Assembly: GCA_964187785.1 (NCBI GenBank)
Contig: OZ076419.1
Location: 17,174,001 to 17,238,000 of the forward strand
DNA: 64,000 nt
DNA from: Amphiscolops sp. MND2022
Lineage: Eukaryota
Direction: 5' to 3'
Below, piece by piece: positions 62,401 through 64,000 of the stretch. The translations under genes and the position numbers were made by a program. Under the pieces are notes generated by a model. The model saw only the letters and a list, made by a program, of their open reading frames with translations, had not been told where the DNA came from and made no database searches. Positions within the stretch are counted from its first letter, which is position 1. Every line of letters starts with the position of its first letter.

Positions 62401-64000
62401 ACAAAAAGTCACTATAATAGTCGCGTTTCATTTCATAAAGCGGCGAATAATCAAAAAAGTGTCCAAGTAGGAACTGGATTCTTGAAGCGTGGTTGCAAAT
62501 GTTGTTTACCTTTTGAACATTAGATTGAAATCGATATCGCTTCCTCCATGATGTAATAATCTGTTTCCCAACTTCTTCCTCAAATCCTTCACTTCGTTGA
62601 TCAGCGAAACTCTGTCTGCAACTTTGATCTGGGCAATCGAGTCTTGCAGTACTTTTGTCAAACGATCAGCCTTTCGTTGCAACTTCTCAAAGGTTGGGTT
62701 ACTCTGGCTTGATCCAGAGGATCCGGTGGCACCAGCAACAGTTTCAATTTCCTCAATCAGCAAATCTCGTTCTCGGATGAAAACATTCTGGAATGACTTG
62801 ATCAATTCCAACCTCCAATCATTTTCAGCTAATGTTATATCGGCCTAAACAAAATGATTTTTATCAAATAAACAAGAGTCGCCTCTTCTGTAGGATGTGA
62901 ACATGTTGACTATTGGAAGAATGAATTTTTACCAGTGGTCTAATGATTTGACTACTGTGAAGATTACATTTCGAATACAGTCATCGTGAATATTGTATTC
63001 CAGTTTTAAATTTTACCGGTTTACTTGGTATTAACTCCAGTCGAAAATATTTACCCAAGAAAAGTCACGGAAAGTTAATTCATCTTAAGAAAAAGACAGT
63101 AGCAAAAGCGAGAACCCTTTCCTGTTCGTGGTTACTGGTCCATTCTAACATATTGACCCAAAGTTACCGACTCGTTTGAAAACATACGAGATTTCAATTT
63201 ATCATGAAATTCACAAGCACTATTCTATGATTTCTTCAGCTATACCACTAACCATTGCGGACACGTTGTTGCTTTGTATGATGTAGTCTTTCAGAGCTTG
63301 GTTCAGTGCCCTAAGAGAAGTCCTCTCCGTATCCTCTTGGTTGCCCACTACATTCCGTGCACTTCCACCTACAGCGGTAAGGGTTTGAGTTGTATCTGAT
63401 TGTCGTCGTTCCATTACGTCATCAATTCCAGCATCTTCAAGGGATGACACCTGAACGGAAGCGAAAGAAATATAACGTTAGAAGCCAGAAATTCTCTAAA
63501 AACTGATTGAATCTCAAATTTAAATATTTCCAAGCGCAGATTTTAATACACAAAAATAATGAAGAACAGCGGCTCTTCAGAGGTTTCAATGCTTTTCGTG
63601 GAAAAAAAGTGCATTCTTAATATGATGAATCATTTTTCGGAAGCCGAGGAGAGTTTTTATAACTACTCGTCAAATTCAGTAACTTTTGAACAAAACTCCA
63701 GGAACCTTTAACGGCTTATTCTGAATTGAAATTCTAAAAAAAATATATTCACATTGGCATCGCAGAGTCGGATGGTCACCTACCAGTGTACATACCTTGC
63801 TCAGGTCATGATGCAAGCCCAAGGTGACATCTTTTGTCGACGAAACATCCATGTCTCCAAAAATGGTTTCACAATGCAAGTCAGTTTTATGCAGAAGAGG
63901 ATTGTTGACCCCTTCAACAGCCTCACACGATTGGTTAGACCTCGAGCCGGTCAATACCATGGGGGATTCGAGATTGAGTTTCGGGGTTTGGGAAAGAACC
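50007..64000 (-). CDS. PCNT/AKAP9: Pericentrin/AKAP9-family coiled-coil protein with PACT domain, 3' 14 exons (~1071 aa; 5' part outside window)
   Basis: All 13 manually placed introns are GT-AG and phase-consistent. PACT motifs KVYSAYLRADSRRRNLLYQKRYLLMLI and RFKGAVRAVIAICRMRKLVTKW; C-terminal KYKSRLREMQQQL. Confidence 0.88.
51488..52104 (+). mobile_element. pogo/Tigger-like non-autonomous element (617 bp) with Brinker-type HTH remnant, intronic
   Basis: 20-bp perfect TIR CCGTGTTTCCCCGATAATAA; TA on the left (AA on the right); repeated AAAATAAGCC motifs; ATG 51764 MSANRNSYTNEFKKQTVEEA...VRKWIQ. Confidence 0.85.
52196..52444 (-). CDS. PACT gene exon (calmodulin-binding-like half of PACT)
   Basis: Acceptor ttttgttcag, donor GTTAGT; FKGAVRAVIAICRMRKLVTKW. 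Confidence 0.85.
53167..53552 (-). CDS. PACT gene exon (PACT core)
   Basis: Acceptor gtcttcag, donor GTGAGC; YLRADSRRRNLLYQKRYLL. Confidence 0.9.
53802..53910 (-). CDS. PACT gene exon
   Basis: Acceptor cacttcag, donor GTAAGA; DRDSFMSESK...LPSK. Confidence 0.78.
54702..54937 (-). CDS. PACT gene exon
   Basis: Acceptor tttcgttag, donor GTTAGT; MSGYANTS...LQIFNTN. Confidence 0.72.
55378..55533 (-). CDS. PACT gene exon
   Basis: Acceptor ttgttttag, donor GTTAGT; AERANLMALVEEQK...EKENF. Confidence 0.8.
55986..56157 (-). CDS. PACT gene exon (GC-rich coiled coil)
   Basis: Acceptor tttttgcag, donor GTCAGC; DSRVGQLERQLETKE...ESFE. Confidence 0.82.
57246..57420 (-). CDS. PACT gene exon
   Basis: Acceptor gttccag, donor GTACAG; ENTELQKESEKLRQR...LETS. 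Confidence 0.8.
57886..58149 (-). CDS. PACT gene exon
   Basis: Branch CTAAC and acceptor ttcttcccgtgtctag, donor GTAAAT; LKKELQKERE...ESLK. Confidence 0.75.
59147..59237 (-). CDS. PACT gene exon
   Basis: Acceptor tcgttttag, donor GTAAGT; ASEENDQELNSLK...VIT. Confidence 0.75.
60015..60261 (-). CDS. PACT gene exon
   Basis: Acceptor tttgttag, donor GTATGC; MECKMNNLEGTLQNEK...RKEQ. Confidence 0.82.
61121..62315. mobile_element. Outer TTAA-flanked (piggyBac-type) MITE, native ~593 bp, interrupted in its left TIR
   Basis: TTAA at 61117-20 and 62316-19. Reconstructed left TIR CCTTAACTTGGCCA vs right TGGCCAACTTAAGG (13/14). Confidence 0.7.
61127..61724. mobile_element. Inner piggyBac-type MITE (598 bp)
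   Basis: TTAA TSD at 61123-26 and 61725-28. TIR CCCTAATTAACCTAG vs CAGGTCAATTAGGG end (13/15). Confidence 0.78.
62510..62844 (-). CDS. PACT gene exon
   Basis: Acceptor ttttgtttag, donor GTAAAC; ADITLAENDWRLELIK...MFK. Confidence 0.8.
63253..63450 (-). CDS. PACT gene exon
   Basis: Acceptor ttccgttcag, donor GTTAGT; VSSLEDAGIDD...VSAM. Confidence 0.75.
63796..64000 (-). CDS. PACT gene exon (runs off window)
   Basis: Open frame VLSQTPKLNLES...HDLSK, donor GTATGT, phase matches the next exon. Confidence 0.65.

Noticed and set aside
1-64000. CRISPR array, rRNA operon or prokaryotic operon
   Set aside because: No repeat-spacer periodicity or rRNA motifs; spliceosomal introns and LTR elements show the DNA is eukaryotic.

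Overview
Eukaryotic (invertebrate animal) genomic DNA, AT-rich and dense in transposable elements. An acoel-like genome is only a guess from the repeat and gene types. Bases ~1-48 kb are mostly nested retroelements: (i) a full-length 8.7 kb BEL/Pao element (2290-11032, minus strand, ~489 bp LTRs, CTGAG target-site duplication). Each of its LTRs carries a 72-nt tRNA-Asp-like unit with Pol III A/B boxes and an oligo-T terminator, and its 5' leader holds an extra SGNH-hydrolase-like ORF. (ii) Decayed Gypsy elements with gag/pol -1 slippery sites. (iii) A short-LTR Gypsy element (25722-31570) with a WLDD reverse-transcriptase motif. (iv) A head-to-tail LTR array with an internal 1.55 kb tandem duplication. 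Also present: a Tc1 relic, tRNA-derived SINEs and several MITEs. Two host-type genes are visible. One is an intronless PAN/TSP1-like/C-type lectin ORF (34102-35025, minus). The other is the 3' 14 exons (~1070 aa) of a pericentrin/AKAP9-family coiled-coil gene with a PACT domain (50007-64000, minus), whose introns hold a pogo MITE and two nested TTAA-specific MITEs. No CRISPR, rRNA or bona fide tRNA gene is supported. All identities and counts are by-eye manual alignments.
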